DNA of 64,000 nucleotides from a virus, in IMG/VR virus record IMGVR_UViG_3300025000_000005, positions 1 through 64,000 of that record; one strand, 5' to 3'. This document shows positions 27,154-38,184 of the stretch, piece after piece; position 1 is the first letter of the stretch, and every line of letters begins with the position of its first letter. Both the position numbers and the translations under genes were made by a program. The notes below the pieces were generated by a model. That model was not told where the DNA came from, did no database searches, and was given only the letters and a program-made list of their open reading frames with translations.

Positions 27154-30100
27154 TTACGACATTATGGCGAAAATATCCTTCAAGTCGGTTTTCGAGTCGA
27201 TATACCAGTAGGCGCCGTTACTAAGTTCGCCAGCGCTCCCGGCGAAGAACTGAGCCCCATACCGAGCTTTCAGAATTTCCTTCGTGCGGTATAGCACTCC
27301 TTGCTTGGCGTTTCTATCCAAAAAAAACCACTTAGAGAATGCCGCAACCGCGATATTCTTGTATTTGCCTTGAAGTGTCACGTCCCGAGAGTTGATCTTC
27401 ACCGTAATACCGAGCTGCGCGAAAGCGTTTTTAACCTCTTCCGGAATCTCTTTGTAATTTGGGTGCTGCTTTATCGCTTCAGCGGCTTTTCGGTCCGCTT
27501 CGGCTTTTTCTTTTGCCATCTGGTCAAGAAGCGTGTCAAGCTGTTCGCGTCTGCACTTGTTGGCAATGGTCTCTATATCGCTTCTGTTATCCCCCAGGGC
27601 GGACGCCGCCACGGTAAGGTCGTTTTGGAATCCGTATCCGCCAAGGATGCTATGGATTTCGGACGGGCTGGCCTGGTTGACTTTATCCCCAAGCTTATCA
27701 TCAAGAAAATCGTTCACAAATTTCGCGTAAAATTCACGAATCTGTGTTTCGGTTGCCACCGTCCCGTACTGCATGACGGTTACCTTCCAGTCGGATCCAA
27801 AAACGGTGGCCACGATCCCGGTAACGGTAGAATCCACATAGTCATAAGCCGTCTTCATCTTGGCCGCCTCAAGATACGCCTCGCTCAGATTCTTTCGATA
27901 CGTTTCGTTTGTCGGTTCAGGAAAAACGATATCAGCCTTATTTTCTATATAATAATTGTCCTGAAATGCGAAACCGTCGCCTTTCCGAACGAAAAATTTT
28001 CCATAGATCTTGATATCGGCTATGTTTTCGAAAAATGTCTGTTTATCAATATCAGCACTGCCGACCAGATCAATATACCGGATCTCCTCGGACAGGAGCT
28101 TTTTGAGGGCCAACTCCTTTTCAGAGTACGAAACCTTGATCGCATCGTCCGGGAAATCAGTTAGCAGGATTACCGTTTTGCTCGACCCGTTGATCCTGAT
28201 ATATTCGGTCTCAATGAGACGATCAGATCCCATAATTACATCATACGTGAAAGCCTTTTGTGGTGACTGGAATGCGTCCGTAAGCTTGAAAATCACCATG
28301 CCGCGGCCGGTGCGCCGTTCATAGACATCGCCAGCAGCATAAACCTTTCCTGAAAGGGAGCATATCGCCTTTTCGGGATGATCCAAAACCGAGGCATCAA
28401 AAGGAAGTTCCCCTTTTTTGCCTTTGGCCGTCAGCACATTCATGGATTGCTGCTTCTGCGCTTCGAGATGGACACGTTCCCGCTCAAAAGCTGCATCCAG
28501 GTCATCAAGATCGGCCTTGGCTTTTACGAGGGACTTTTTACCATCATTTATTCGCTTGGCCAGTTTTTTCTTTTCCGGATCCTCGTCATCCATGGCGAGG
28601 CCTTTTTTCTTAAGCCGCTCAATCGTTTCGGTCAGGTTCTCAACTTTGGTGGTTAAATCCTGTTTCCGCTTAACCTTCGCCTCCCCGAGCCCGGAGAGCG
28701 CCTCGGTAACATTCCCAAGAAGTTGGAGCATATTGACAAGCCGCTTTCTCTCCCGTTCATCCCGTTCCGTATTTTTCTGAGCGAGTTTTTCAAGGCGCCG
28801 CTTCTTCGCCTCTTCCGGATTGTCGGCCAGCAAATCCAACATGTCATCGTCCGAAACAACATTCCCGTTGTCCGCCTCAATGTCGGTGCCGGTCAGGAGG
28901 TCCCGTATCCAGCTCGCCTTTCGCTTGAGGAGGTCCAGCCGGTAAAAGTCGAACGAATTTTTCCCGAGGTAATAATAAATTTTGACGCTACTCGACGTGT
29001 TTCCCTGGCGGACACCGCGGCCGTTTCTCTGTTGAATCGATGCAGGTGTCCAGGGAAGCGTCAGGTGGTGAATCGCCGTGGTGCCCTTTTGCAGGTTTAC
29101 ACCGACCTCCGCCTTCTTATTTGCAATGACAAGCTTTATTTTCCCGGAATTGTAGTTGTCGGAGATCTTTTGCAATTTGGTCCCGGACGCTTCGTCCGCG
29201 TTGATAATCGCAATGACGTCACGCGATAGCGGCACGTGGTGGGACAAGATCCGTTTCAGCTTCCCGTGCTGTGATTTTTCTTCCGTGAAAACGACCTGCT
29301 TGCCATTAGCCTCAAGGTGGGCGCGGACATTTTCAACGAGTTTCGCGTATTTCGGAGGCAGGGGGTGAGATACGTCATTTTCATCGATACCAACGACTGC
29401 GAGCTTTGAAATTACATGCGCCTCAAGCTCTTCGAAAGTTGTGAGGCAATAAGTATCGCCTTTTGTTTCAAGCTTGTTAACGACATCGACATCGACATCG
29501 ACATCAATCGTTTTTCCTTCTTCGTCTTTCGCCTTGCGGGAAACCGTTTTAGGGAGTCCGGAAACTATCTTGTCGACCTTTTCCTTATCGGCCAGCTTGA
29601 AATAAAACGTCATGGTATGGGTATAGAGGTCCATGTCCGTGGTAACGCGGTCCATGTTTCTGATTATGGAAAACATGCTGATTTTTGATCCGGGTTTGGA
29701 CGCTTCCTTCGCATCCTCCCTGAGATCCGCATAAACGTCCCCCTGCACTTCTGAAAGATCAACCTCTTCATTCGCCTCATCGCTTCCGGGGAGTTCAAGA
29801 CCTACATCATCCGCTGTTCGATAGAGCACGTATTTATGGAAAAGGTTCCGGAGACCATCAAGTTTTTTAAACCCGACAAGGCCATCCTTGGTTTTGATTT
29901 CACCGGAAACCATCACCTTGTCAACGGATTCTATCTTTCCGAAAGCTCTAACAAAATCATCAACGGTATAGACTCCGAACCGTTCGAATTCCTCCATCGG
30001 CGCGACGAGCGATAGTACATTGTAGATTTCAAGGGGGGAGTTGGTAACCGGGGTCGCCGAAAGGGGATACACGCCCTTCCCGCCGAATCTTTCTTTCATG

Positions 30101-33100
30101 TACGCGGATTTGAGCTGCATATCAATTGCCCTCTGAGCGCTTTTAACAACCGAAAGGTAGGCAACGTCGCTGGTTTTCTCCCCAGATTTGAACGAATTCT
30201 TGTACTCGTGGGCCTCATCTATGATCACATTGGTAAAACCCATATCCTCAAAATAGGGAAGCTCACCCTTTTTGCGCGTTCCCTCATCCGAATACTTGGC
30301 TTCCGCCCGAAGTCCGGCCTTATCGTCATCATAGGTTTTCTTTTTTGATCCGCCGTCATCCTCAGCCACACCGTTTGCGCTTAAGGACTTAGCCATCTTG
30401 TCGCTGATCAAAGAGCGGTCCGACATCTTCTTGGCATACCTCGCTTTCGTGTCCGGCCGCATCGGTATTGACCCGAATTTCGTGCTTGTCATCACCACAA
30501 GGGACTTGTTTGTGTTAGGTATTTCCCACATCTTGGCCCATATGTCATCAGGGTCTTTTTTGGTTATAAGGAGAGTTTGCTTCTCAACCTCGTTCGTGAA
30601 TTTGTTGATTTTAGGGTTTCCAAACTCATCCTGGACAATTTCCTGCCGAGGCTTCCCGTTTTTGTCCAGCCTTGCCTCTATGCCAACGAAAAGTACGTCA
30701 TCAATGTCGGTCACGAACTTATTTGTCTCATGATACCAGTTATTCAGGACCGCATCCGGAACGACTATACACGTCTTTTTAGTCCGCCCCATCTGTTTGT
30801 TGTAGAGGTGCAGGGCAATGGCCGAAAGGGTTTTCCCCAAGCCGACATCATCCGCCAGAATCCCGCCGCCCTCTTCTGAGAGCCTACGAATTGCCGAATA
30901 TTGGTACCCGTGGGGTTTAATTCGGTCAGAGAAACCCTCTATATGCAAGGGCGAATCATCGTATTCGTGGGGGATGAAAGCATTGAATTTGCGGTTATAA
31001 ACGGCCGCGACCTGCGCCATGTCCGGATGCTGCTGCATCCAGGCATTGAAGTTTTCAGTCGTTGCCTTTATCGCTTGCGTGTATGCCTCTCTTCGTTCTT
31101 GTGCGCCTTCTCCAGTCGGTGCGACATTATCCCCATTGAGAAACTTTAAGAACTGATTTTTGAATCCGGGCCCCTCGATACCGATCCATTTGCCGAACGG
31201 GTTGTCAAAATCCTCAACGAACTTGTTTGCGGTTATCGTTTCACCTGTTACCGAATCCTCCTTCTCAACCTCTGCATCAGCCCCGAAGCTGGCATGCGGG
31301 TATCCGTTGGCCCTCAAAAACTCCACCAGGTATTTTTTAGGAAACCACTTTTCCTGCAATCCCAGATCGATATCTTCAGGTGGAGTCAGCTTTAATTTCG
31401 ACTGAATGGTGTCGATTTGCTGCTGCCACTTTTCCTTGAGGCGGGAATCCTCCTCATCGGCCATCACTTGCGTTAGCTCGACCATCTTGGGGTACACATC
31501 GCCGGAGGCATACCGTCCCATAGGCATGATCATGCCGCTCGGCGCAATGGCAATACCATCGGCAGATGCCAGATCCCCCAGGTTCTCTATCGCCATTTTT
31601 CCGGTATAGATCTTCTTTACATCCTCAAGTTCAATATTTTGCATGCCTTCCCGGACATAAAGGTGCTCAACAATCGATTGGATATTCGTGGAGTCGAAGG
31701 CCGTTCGATCCTCGGATAGCGTCCCAGCCAGCAGATCGGAAAAAACGCCTTTCTGATCGACCGAACTCAAAAACATCCCGAATGCGCGGGAGCTTTCACC
31801 GGTCAAGACGAGCCACTTACACCCTTTTGGATGCCCGTAGCGCTCGATCTCTGCCGCCACCATGCTTTGCAAGCGGTCTCTTTCCATGTCGTCAGAACTG
31901 GTTCTCAGCCTGCCTATGAGTCCGCCGATAACGGTCCCCCGGAAGGCCTGCTCCCTAAACTTGTCATCGGTCTGGCTCATGGAAAATAAAACGGCATCGG
32001 TATGGAGGCTCGACAAGAGTTCCGGCCATGTCTTGTAAATGGCGAAGGCCTGCTCAGCCGTTAACTGCAATGCTCCATCCGGGCTCGAAAGAATCGCTTT
32101 CAGGTCGTCAAGTGTCGCGGCGCCATATTTTTTCGCATCAAGCGCCATTCCGGAATCTGCCTGGATGGTTGCGACCCACCTCCCCCCGATGAATTCACAC
32201 TGCCGACCATTAATGATTCGGTGATCGCCCTCAACATAGGTTGGCGGATCCGCCGGCGCGACGTCCAGCATGTCCCAATCGATTCTTGAGTCGAACCTGA
32301 CCGCTATTTTCTGCTTCAGCGCGGCCGGGTCGATATCCCCGTCAACTACCTCCCGGCTCCATCGGTCGCCGTCGATTTTCGGGACGTAGGTCCCATGGAT
32401 AAACTGCCGCCCCTCGCCCTGCCAGTACGACCCGTTTACGAATTCACCCCAAACCACTTTTGCATCTTGCAAGGTCTTGAAATCTATATTGTCTATCTTT
32501 TCAATCAGATCGGATGGATGCTTTTTAAAAACGATAATATCGACAACCGTGTCCGTTCCCTGAGCCCGGAATGTCTTTGATGGCAATTTATGAGCGCCCA
32601 GGAACTCGGCCTTTTTCGAAACGGCTATCCTGAATTGGTTCCATCGATCCGATTTATTGGTCAGGATATTCGTGGGGACTACCAGGCACGCCAAACCGCC
32701 AGGGCGGGTCTTGTCCAATGCGCGGAGGATGAAATACCGCTCGATTCGTTTCTCGTTTTTATAGGCCGGGTCGTCATGGATCGATTTGCCGCGGGCATCC
32801 CCGAAAGGAACGTTCCCTATTACCGAATCAAAATGATTATCATCGGTTTTCCCTACGAGAGACTCGAAACTTCCGGTCCTTATCGAATCTTCAGGGTTAA
32901 AAAGCTGCGCTATTTTGGATCCAACCGGATCTATGTCCGTACCAGTCACAACCAGGCCGGCCGGTTTTGTGGACGGGAAAACGCCCGCACCCGTGCAAGG
33001 GTCCAAAATATTCCCGGCCGTAATGCCATACCCCTTCAAAATGTCCCACATTCCCTCGGCTACCGGAGTCGGCGTGTAATATTCGAACTGTGAGTTTTCG

Positions 33101-33396
33101 GTAAGCCCGCCGCGGCCGGAATACTGCTTCAGAACGGCCGCGTCTTCATCCGACAGGTCGGCCGGGTCATGGACACGATCGAGGATGTCTCGCGCCATGG
33201 CGTTCAGGTTTTCTCTGGCTTTGATACCACGGACCTTGAGCCCATAATCAGACGTGTCGGGCTTTGAATCGGATGGAATACCCAGAATGGCCTTGAATGC
33301 CTGCGCCAGTTCATCGAATGTTTTTGCGCTTAAAATAGCGGAATTGCCTGGGAGTGCTTTTTCGAGGACCATATCGAATAATTGTTGCTGTGGCAT
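27154..33396 (-). CDS. darB: DarB-like antirestriction protein (N6-methyltransferase + SNF2 helicase)
   Basis: YSGRGG, EYYTP, ILDPCTGAGVF, GNVPF; ADDVGLGKT, IIDEAH, SATP, QRNGR; 2080 aa. Confidence 0.9.
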   Translation of the reverse strand: MPQQQLFDMVLEKALPGNSAILSAKTFDELAQAFKAILGIPSDSKPDTSDYGLKVRGIKARENLNAMARDILDRVHDPADLSDEDAAVLKQYSGRGGLTENSQFEYYTPTPVAEGMWDILKGYGITAGNILDPCTGAGVFPSTKPAGLVVTGTDIDPVGSKIAQLFNPEDSIRTGSFESLVGKTDDNHFDSVIGNVPFGDARGKSIHDDPAYKNEKRIERYFILRALDKTRPGGLACLVVPTNILTNKSDRWNQFRIAVSKKAEFLGAHKLPSKTFRAQGTDTVVDIIVFKKHPSDLIEKIDNIDFKTLQDAKVVWGEFVNGSYWQGEGRQFIHGTYVPKIDGDRWSREVVDGDIDPAALKQKIAVRFDSRIDWDMLDVAPADPPTYVEGDHRIINGRQCEFIGGRWVATIQADSGMALDAKKYGAATLDDLKAILSSPDGALQLTAEQAFAIYKTWPELLSSLHTDAVLFSMSQTDDKFREQAFRGTVIGGLIGRLRTSSDDMERDRLQSMVAAEIERYGHPKGCKWLVLTGESSRAFGMFLSSVDQKGVFSDLLAGTLSEDRTAFDSTNIQSIVEHLYVREGMQNIELEDVKKIYTGKMAIENLGDLASADGIAIAPSGMIMPMGRYASGDVYPKMVELTQVMADEEDSRLKEKWQQQIDTIQSKLKLTPPEDIDLGLQEKWFPKKYLVEFLRANGYPHASFGADAEVEKEDSVTGETITANKFVEDFDNPFGKWIGIEGPGFKNQFLKFLNGDNVAPTGEGAQERREAYTQAIKATTENFNAWMQQHPDMAQVAAVYNRKFNAFIPHEYDDSPLHIEGFSDRIKPHGYQYSAIRRLSEEGGGILADDVGLGKTLSAIALHLYNKQMGRTKKTCIVVPDAVLNNWYHETNKFVTDIDDVLFVGIEARLDKNGKPRQEIVQDEFGNPKINKFTNEVEKQTLLITKKDPDDIWAKMWEIPNTNKSLVVMTSTKFGSIPMRPDTKARYAKKMSDRSLISDKMAKSLSANGVAEDDGGSKKKTYDDDKAGLRAEAKYSDEGTRKKGELPYFEDMGFTNVIIDEAHEYKNSFKSGEKTSDVAYLSVVKSAQRAIDMQLKSAYMKERFGGKGVYPLSATPVTNSPLEIYNVLSLVAPMEEFERFGVYTVDDFVRAFGKIESVDKVMVSGEIKTKDGLVGFKKLDGLRNLFHKYVLYRTADDVGLELPGSDEANEEVDLSEVQGDVYADLREDAKEASKPGSKISMFSIIRNMDRVTTDMDLYTHTMTFYFKLADKEKVDKIVSGLPKTVSRKAKDEEGKTIDVDVDVDVVNKLETKGDTYCLTTFEELEAHVISKLAVVGIDENDVSHPLPPKYAKLVENVRAHLEANGKQVVFTEEKSQHGKLKRILSHHVPLSRDVIAIINADEASGTKLQKISDNYNSGKIKLVIANKKAEVGVNLQKGTTAIHHLTLPWTPASIQQRNGRGVRQGNTSSSVKIYYYLGKNSFDFYRLDLLKRKASWIRDLLTGTDIEADNGNVVSDDDMLDLLADNPEEAKKRRLEKLAQKNTERDERERKRLVNMLQLLGNVTEALSGLGEAKVKRKQDLTTKVENLTETIERLKKKGLAMDDEDPEKKKLAKRINDGKKSLVKAKADLDDLDAAFERERVHLEAQKQQSMNVLTAKGKKGELPFDASVLDHPEKAICSLSGKVYAAGDVYERRTGRGMVIFKLTDAFQSPQKAFTYDVIMGSDRLIETEYIRINGSSKTVILLTDFPDDAIKVSYSEKELALKKLLSEEIRYIDLVGSADIDKQTFFENIADIKIYGKFFVRKGDGFAFQDNYYIENKADIVFPEPTNETYRKNLSEAYLEAAKMKTAYDYVDSTVTGIVATVFGSDWKVTVMQYGTVATETQIREFYAKFVNDFLDDKLGDKVNQASPSEIHSILGGYGFQNDLTVAASALGDNRSDIETIANKCRREQLDTLLDQMAKEKAEADRKAAEAIKQHPNYKEIPEEVKNAFAQLGITVKINSRDVTLQGKYKNIAVAAFSKWFFLDRNAKQGVLYRTKEILKARYGAQFFAGSAGELSNGAYWYIDSKTDLKDIFAIMS

Positions 33397-33423
33397 TTTG
33401 CCTCGCGTGGTATGAAGGGGTTT

Positions 33424-33452
33424 AAAAAATGCCGCCCGTGGTTGGGCGGCAT
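33424..33452 (-). terminator. Rho-independent terminator
   Basis: ATGCCGCCC/GGGCGGCAT 9-bp stem followed by a U-run on the minus strand. Confidence 0.75.
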
Positions 33453-33481
33453 CTATAATTTTATTGGAAAATCTTTAGCTT

Positions 33482-33805
33482 TTAATACGAAAACACGACC
33501 GCGGGAGAATCCTTGTTTGGTTTAAACCGGCAATCCCTAACCGCATCGTCAGGCCATTCCATGTTCCCGGAACCGGAATGGCTTGCGACAATTTCGGCGG
33601 AAGGTGCCGCCTCATCAGCATCCGATTCTACCAAACACCATTTTGAAGTTACAGGATCGAAAACAAAGACTGCCGGGAAAGCAGAATCTCCGGATAAAGA
33701 AACGACTGTGTCGTTCCGGTCCCCCAAAAATCCGGGCGGTGCGCCCAAAAACATAACGAAAAATGCCAGAAAAACGCCGATCAGAAATAAGCTCTTTCTT
33801 TTCAC
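33482..33805 (-). CDS. Small exported/membrane protein
   Basis: KRK + hydrophobic N-terminus; GGAGG RBS. Confidence 0.55.
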   Translation of the reverse strand: MKRKSLFLIGVFLAFFVMFLGAPPGFLGDRNDTVVSLSGDSAFPAVFVFDPVTSKWCLVESDADEAAPSAEIVASHSGSGNMEWPDDAVRDCRFKPNKDSPAVVFSY

Positions 33806-34383
33806 GACCCCTCCTTTGAACAGGTAAAAGTGTTATTGATTCCCTTCCACGTACCTTCAAACGCTATTCGATAAATCGCTGTTCGGTCCCGGGCATAATC
33901 CTCCAGCATCGCTGGCGTTGTGCCTCTCCAAAAACACACCCTGCTCTGAATCTTCTCACAAAAAGCAACTACTTCAGAACATATCGCCCGAGACCCGATC
34001 CCTATTTTGGATAACCACGGGAAAATAATTGAAGAAAGCCCTAATAGTATCAGTCTGGCTACCGGGTAATGGTCCCCGTCGAACATTTCTTTCGTTTCTT
34101 TGTATGCGGCATCAAAGCTGAGATCCCCGCCGACCGGCTCAACAATCATCACCTTCGCCCCTATATAGTCGTCTATGCCTGCCCGATATTCGCGGGTTTT
34201 CAGCCTGGCCGCAAAAGTATCCCCGAATGGGGTAACGATAATTTCCGCATGCCCATATTCAGCGCGGCTATCGGGTTCCCGGATCTTCTGGCCCGCGATA
34301 ATAACCTTTGCCAGCAGTGAGCTTTTCCAGTCGGTACCGCCCACTCCGGATGTCAGAAGGAAACTGCCCGGTTTAAGTTCCAT
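33802..34383 (-). CDS. Permuted papain-like (NlpC/P60, YiiX-type) enzyme
   Basis: His before Cys: YGHAEI ... AICSEVVA ... TPAML. Confidence 0.65.
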   Translation of the reverse strand: MELKPGSFLLTSGVGGTDWKSSLLAKVIIAGQKIREPDSRAEYGHAEIIVTPFGDTFAARLKTREYRAGIDDYIGAKVMIVEPVGGDLSFDAAYKETKEMFDGDHYPVARLILLGLSSIIFPWLSKIGIGSRAICSEVVAFCEKIQSRVCFWRGTTPAMLEDYARDRTAIYRIAFEGTWKGINNTFTCSKEGS

Positions 34384-34544
34384 CGAGTGCAGAGCCTTTC
34401 AATAAAGATTAATTTAAAAATTTATATCATTAAAACTTTATTTGTGTGAAAAAATCAAGCCCAAAATGAGCGGGAATAAAAACACCATGCCAATTTGCCT
34501 GTAAGTGATAGAATTGGCATGGCGCTCAAATTGGATCGTGGCAT

Positions 34545-34889
34545 TTATGCAGGGTCACTCAGACCGAAAGTCGCCGCGGTAAGCCGGTATATTCCAGCCG
34601 CGCCGTAGACCTCCGCCGTAACATCGTCTCGCGCGATGAGCGCACCACCGGTTAATGCGTTATAGTACCCCACATAATTCACAGTCGCACCCGCCTCAAT
34701 GGCGAACTCCAATGCAGGATCACAATCGCCTGCCACCGACCCGTCAGCAGGCGTCCCCAAAGTAATAGCCTGCCTGGTCGCCAGTTCGGTTCCGGCCGCG
34801 GCAGGGTCCCCATTGCAGGGCGCACAGTGCGTAATCCCGGTTGCTGCAAGCATATTGTTTTTTCCGGTTGCAGTAAATCCCATAGCCAT
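34545..34889 (-). CDS. Small virion structural protein (copy A)
   Basis: Paralogue of 52399-52740; FTATGKNNML...YNALTGG pattern. Confidence 0.75.
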   Translation of the reverse strand: MAMGFTATGKNNMLAATGITHCAPCNGDPAAAGTELATRQAITLGTPADGSVAGDCDPALEFAIEAGATVNYVGYYNALTGGALIARDDVTAEVYGAAGIYRLTAATFGLSDPA

Positions 34890-34915
34890 AATATCACCTC
34901 TTAATTATTAGAATG

Positions 34916-37192
34916 TTATTCCGTAGGAGGCACAATAGCCGCCCGTTTTATTGTCATGACGCCGACCGTCACAGTACTGACGTTCCCTTCACCGTCTATT
35001 ATCTCCGCCTCATGGTGGTATTGCCCGGGAATTAATTCCGTGTCATCAGGCGACAGAGCGATTGATATAACCAAAACCCCGCTATCGTTTGACAGTGTGA
35101 TCCCGCCATCGGCATCCGAGCTTTTAGAAATCACCGGGGACGCTTTAACCGTCAATGCCGCCTGCCACCTCGCCGTAGTGGTTTCGGCATCCAGGTTTTC
35201 GGGAACGGTGATTCGTATTATCTTCGAATCCCCTTGATACATCTCGAAATTTTGGTTTTTTGCTGTCACAGCTATCCCTCCAATTATGGCTATTATCCGA
35301 TCGATGTTGCCAGCAATGTCTACCACCCTATCAATGTTGCCAGTCAAATTGACAATTTGGAGAGCCGTGCCCCATACAGCAGATGTCCCGACCGAAACGA
35401 TATGCCCAACGCCCGAAACACTTGATTGTGCGATCCGTATTGTTTCAGCAACGGCAAGTGCCTGCCCGGTCGCAGTGACGGCAGTCGGTCCGGCGCGGAT
35501 CGGTGTCCCGGAGGATGAGACCGAGGCCGTGGCCGATATAACCGTGTGACCTGATCCGGATGAAGATTGCTCTCCATCCGATTCGACGCTCCCAACAGCG
35601 GTCACATCGGTAGTGGATACGGCAATTTTAAGGCCAAATGTATCCATCACCGATATGGCCGATGCCCCGGTCAGGGCTTCTACGACTTTCAGCCCGTTTG
35701 ACGCGATGTCGCCTACTATGCACAAAATTGACGTCGAGCCACCGAGGATCGCCGTTCCATTGGTGTCTATGGCACCGCTTGCTAATATCTCAGTAGTGCC
35801 ACCATCTACTTTCGACCCCGTTGAGGATAAGGCTCCTACACATTGGACCGATGTTGAGCCGATTCGGATCGATATTCCGGACGACGCGATGGCCCCTGCC
35901 GCGACAATAGTGGTCGATCCTTCGGCAAAAGAATCCTCTTCGATTTTGACGCCAGTTGATTCAACGACACCGATTCCAGATATTGCGCTTTCTGCAACCG
36001 CTATTTTTGCTCCGGTTCCTGAACATGCACTGACAGATTCGACATTTACTTGCCCTACAGATAGCTTTTCGGCAGTGGCGGAGACGGACGCAATGCCAGA
36101 ACTATTAGTATCGTTTACGGATAGTTTTAGTGAATCAGATAATATCGACCCGGTTGATGTAATGGATGTGCTTGATAGTCCTATCTTATCCCCGGAGCCC
36201 GTGACGCCGCCCGTGCCGGAAATGTCCGTGTCGCATTCTGATATTTTTAGTGTTTCCGCAACCGTTAATCCTATTGCGGAAATGTCCGTGCCTGATTCCC
36301 CTGCCTTTGATGCTGTTGCGGAAATCTGCCCGACTGCTGATATCGACGTTTCATCGCTGGAGTGCTTATCTCCAGAGGTAATTAATTCGCCAACGGCCTG
36401 AATGGATGTCTGGCCTTCAGCCGTCTCCCCGCCCCCAGCGCTCGGGAAGAAATAAACCGGCACTGAGCGGGGTTGAACATCGGCATATGGCTGTGAAAAA
36501 TCGGCGGCTATGATATTAGAGGATAGCGCTGAAGGAAAAACTTTGACATAATCTAAGAGGCCTGAAGCATAACCGCCAAAAGCGTTACCAAGATAAAAAG
36601 ATGCAGCGGCGGATTGGCCCGTGGTAAGTCCACCTGTATACGGTGTCGGATCTTGCACGCCGTCTTTATACAGCCGCCACGTTGTGCCATCTCCGGTTAC
36701 AGCAATAGTAAACCAAACGCCCTCGTTCGACCATGTTAAATTATTCCACCTATACCCACCGTTACAGTATACGTCGATTGTTCGGGTGGCATATTGGGTG
36801 TTGTGGGTACAAAACAACCAAGGTGACCCATCGGAAAGAGCGTCAGCCCACTGGAAAAGTCCTTTATCGCCGGACACAGCAGCGGTCGTTTTCCATCGCA
36901 TGATGACGGTTACACCGGCAAGAGTTTTCCCGGATACATCCGCCTTGGCATAATCGTTTGAACCATCGAAATATACGTTTTCGTTTGATCTGATGGGACC
37001 AACAAGGGAAAAGTTGATTAGTTGAGACCCATAATTATGGATTGACGCATTATCGGATGTCTCCCAACACGGAGACAGAACAAGAGGCGGCACAACGCCT
37101 ATCTTTTCATAGTAATCACGTCCGGCATTACGTACAGCCTCATTTGGTCCCCACTGGCGGGGTTTATTTTTTGGAAACGCTTTGATTATCAT
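34916..37192 (-). CDS. Appendage/fibre protein: LamG-like lectin domain + 20-aa repeats + BppU-like C-terminal domain
   Basis: YFDGSNDY...W..IAVT.DG...LYKDG...LDYVKVFPSALS; tandem 20-aa Ser/Gly/Thr repeats; YQGDS...YHHEAEI. Confidence 0.75.
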   Translation of the reverse strand: MIIKAFPKNKPRQWGPNEAVRNAGRDYYEKIGVVPPLVLSPCWETSDNASIHNYGSQLINFSLVGPIRSNENVYFDGSNDYAKADVSGKTLAGVTVIMRWKTTAAVSGDKGLFQWADALSDGSPWLFCTHNTQYATRTIDVYCNGGYRWNNLTWSNEGVWFTIAVTGDGTTWRLYKDGVQDPTPYTGGLTTGQSAAASFYLGNAFGGYASGLLDYVKVFPSALSSNIIAADFSQPYADVQPRSVPVYFFPSAGGGETAEGQTSIQAVGELITSGDKHSSDETSISAVGQISATASKAGESGTDISAIGLTVAETLKISECDTDISGTGGVTGSGDKIGLSSTSITSTGSILSDSLKLSVNDTNSSGIASVSATAEKLSVGQVNVESVSACSGTGAKIAVAESAISGIGVVESTGVKIEEDSFAEGSTTIVAAGAIASSGISIRIGSTSVQCVGALSSTGSKVDGGTTEILASGAIDTNGTAILGGSTSILCIVGDIASNGLKVVEALTGASAISVMDTFGLKIAVSTTDVTAVGSVESDGEQSSSGSGHTVISATASVSSSGTPIRAGPTAVTATGQALAVAETIRIAQSSVSGVGHIVSVGTSAVWGTALQIVNLTGNIDRVVDIAGNIDRIIAIIGGIAVTAKNQNFEMYQGDSKIIRITVPENLDAETTTARWQAALTVKASPVISKSSDADGGITLSNDSGVLVISIALSPDDTELIPGQYHHEAEIIDGEGNVSTVTVGVMTIKRAAIVPPTE

Positions 37193-37581
37193 TAGCTATC
37201 CGTTATCTTCAGCCCTTCCCATGAGCCGGAGAGGGTTATATCTTGAGCAGCAGAATTGCCATTGTAAACGCCTATTTCAGCGTAATTAAATTTCTCAAGC
37301 CGAACCGTGATTATTTTCGTTGTGCTCACGGTATAAGCAACGCTGTTCAAGTCAATAGCCTGATCACTGTCAGTTGTTCCGCCATCGGCGCTCACCCGGC
37401 ATTTGATAGTTGCGTTACCGTCAGCAGCATTGCCGAACGCTATTGATAGCTGGATGTTCACATAATCAAAAAACGCACCTGCACCCGCGCTGATAGGAGC
37501 CCATCCGGTGACGGTTTTAGCTGGCGTACTGTCATCAAAAGTAAGCGAGTTTCCGCTTGTATGATCAAGAGTAAATGCCAT
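37192..37581 (-). CDS. Putative virion structural protein
   Basis: Beta-rich, small-residue composition; coupled stop/start. Confidence 0.65.
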   Translation of the reverse strand: MAFTLDHTSGNSLTFDDSTPAKTVTGWAPISAGAGAFFDYVNIQLSIAFGNAADGNATIKCRVSADGGTTDSDQAIDLNSVAYTVSTTKIITVRLEKFNYAEIGVYNGNSAAQDITLSGSWEGLKITDS

Positions 37582-37904
37582 TATAGATTCCCCTCCACAT
37601 GACTGACGACATCGGCAATGATCTCGTCGATTGACTGCTTGCCAGTTTTTGCCAGCACCGATGTCATATTGATGATGAAAAGCGAAACAATTTCTTGCGC
37701 CTTTCTGAGTAATTCAGCTTTCATCAGCGGATACCAATCAGATGAATCAGCCACCTCACGTTTACCGGAAAAGGAATCAGACCAAAGAACTTGCCCGGTT
37801 CCTGACTCTTCATTGTAATCGTCTGTTGCGATCTGGACGGAAGCAGAAAACGTGATCGTTCCGTTTGAGTATGACCAGTTAGGGCTCACTATTTTTATTT
37901 GCAT
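37581..37904 (-). CDS. Hypothetical protein
   Basis: AGGAG RBS; coupled to next gene. Confidence 0.65.
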   Translation of the reverse strand: MQIKIVSPNWSYSNGTITFSASVQIATDDYNEESGTGQVLWSDSFSGKREVADSSDWYPLMKAELLRKAQEIVSLFIINMTSVLAKTGKQSIDEIIADVVSHVEGNL

Positions 37905-38113
37905 TTCATCTCTCCTATCTTCAATTCTCTATCCAAAAGATTCTCCAGCGCTTCCCACGCTTTTTTATTCTCTTTCACCGCCCGATTCGCAATCCGTCCA
38001 GCCCGGTGAAAGAACGACATCACCATGGCCGTTTCGTCAATCGTCTTGACGAGATTTAGGATTTCATATTTTTTGGAGATGTCCAAGCTTTTGCCACACT
38101 CCCAAATTTTCAA
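37895..38113 (-). CDS. Hypothetical small protein
   Basis: ORF overlapping the next start; start codon uncertain. Confidence 0.4.
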   Translation of the reverse strand: MKIWECGKSLDISKKYEILNLVKTIDETAMVMSFFHRAGRIANRAVKENKKAWEALENLLDRELKIGEMKCK

Positions 38114-38184
38114 AGAACGGTTGTATAAAACTTTTTTTATTTATTACTTTAAATCTTTATGCGAAGGCAAGCGGAAATGCCGCT

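Noticed and set aside
29482-29505. (GACATC)4 microsatellite in darB
   Set aside because: In-frame hexamer encoding DVDVDVDV; no phase-variation effect
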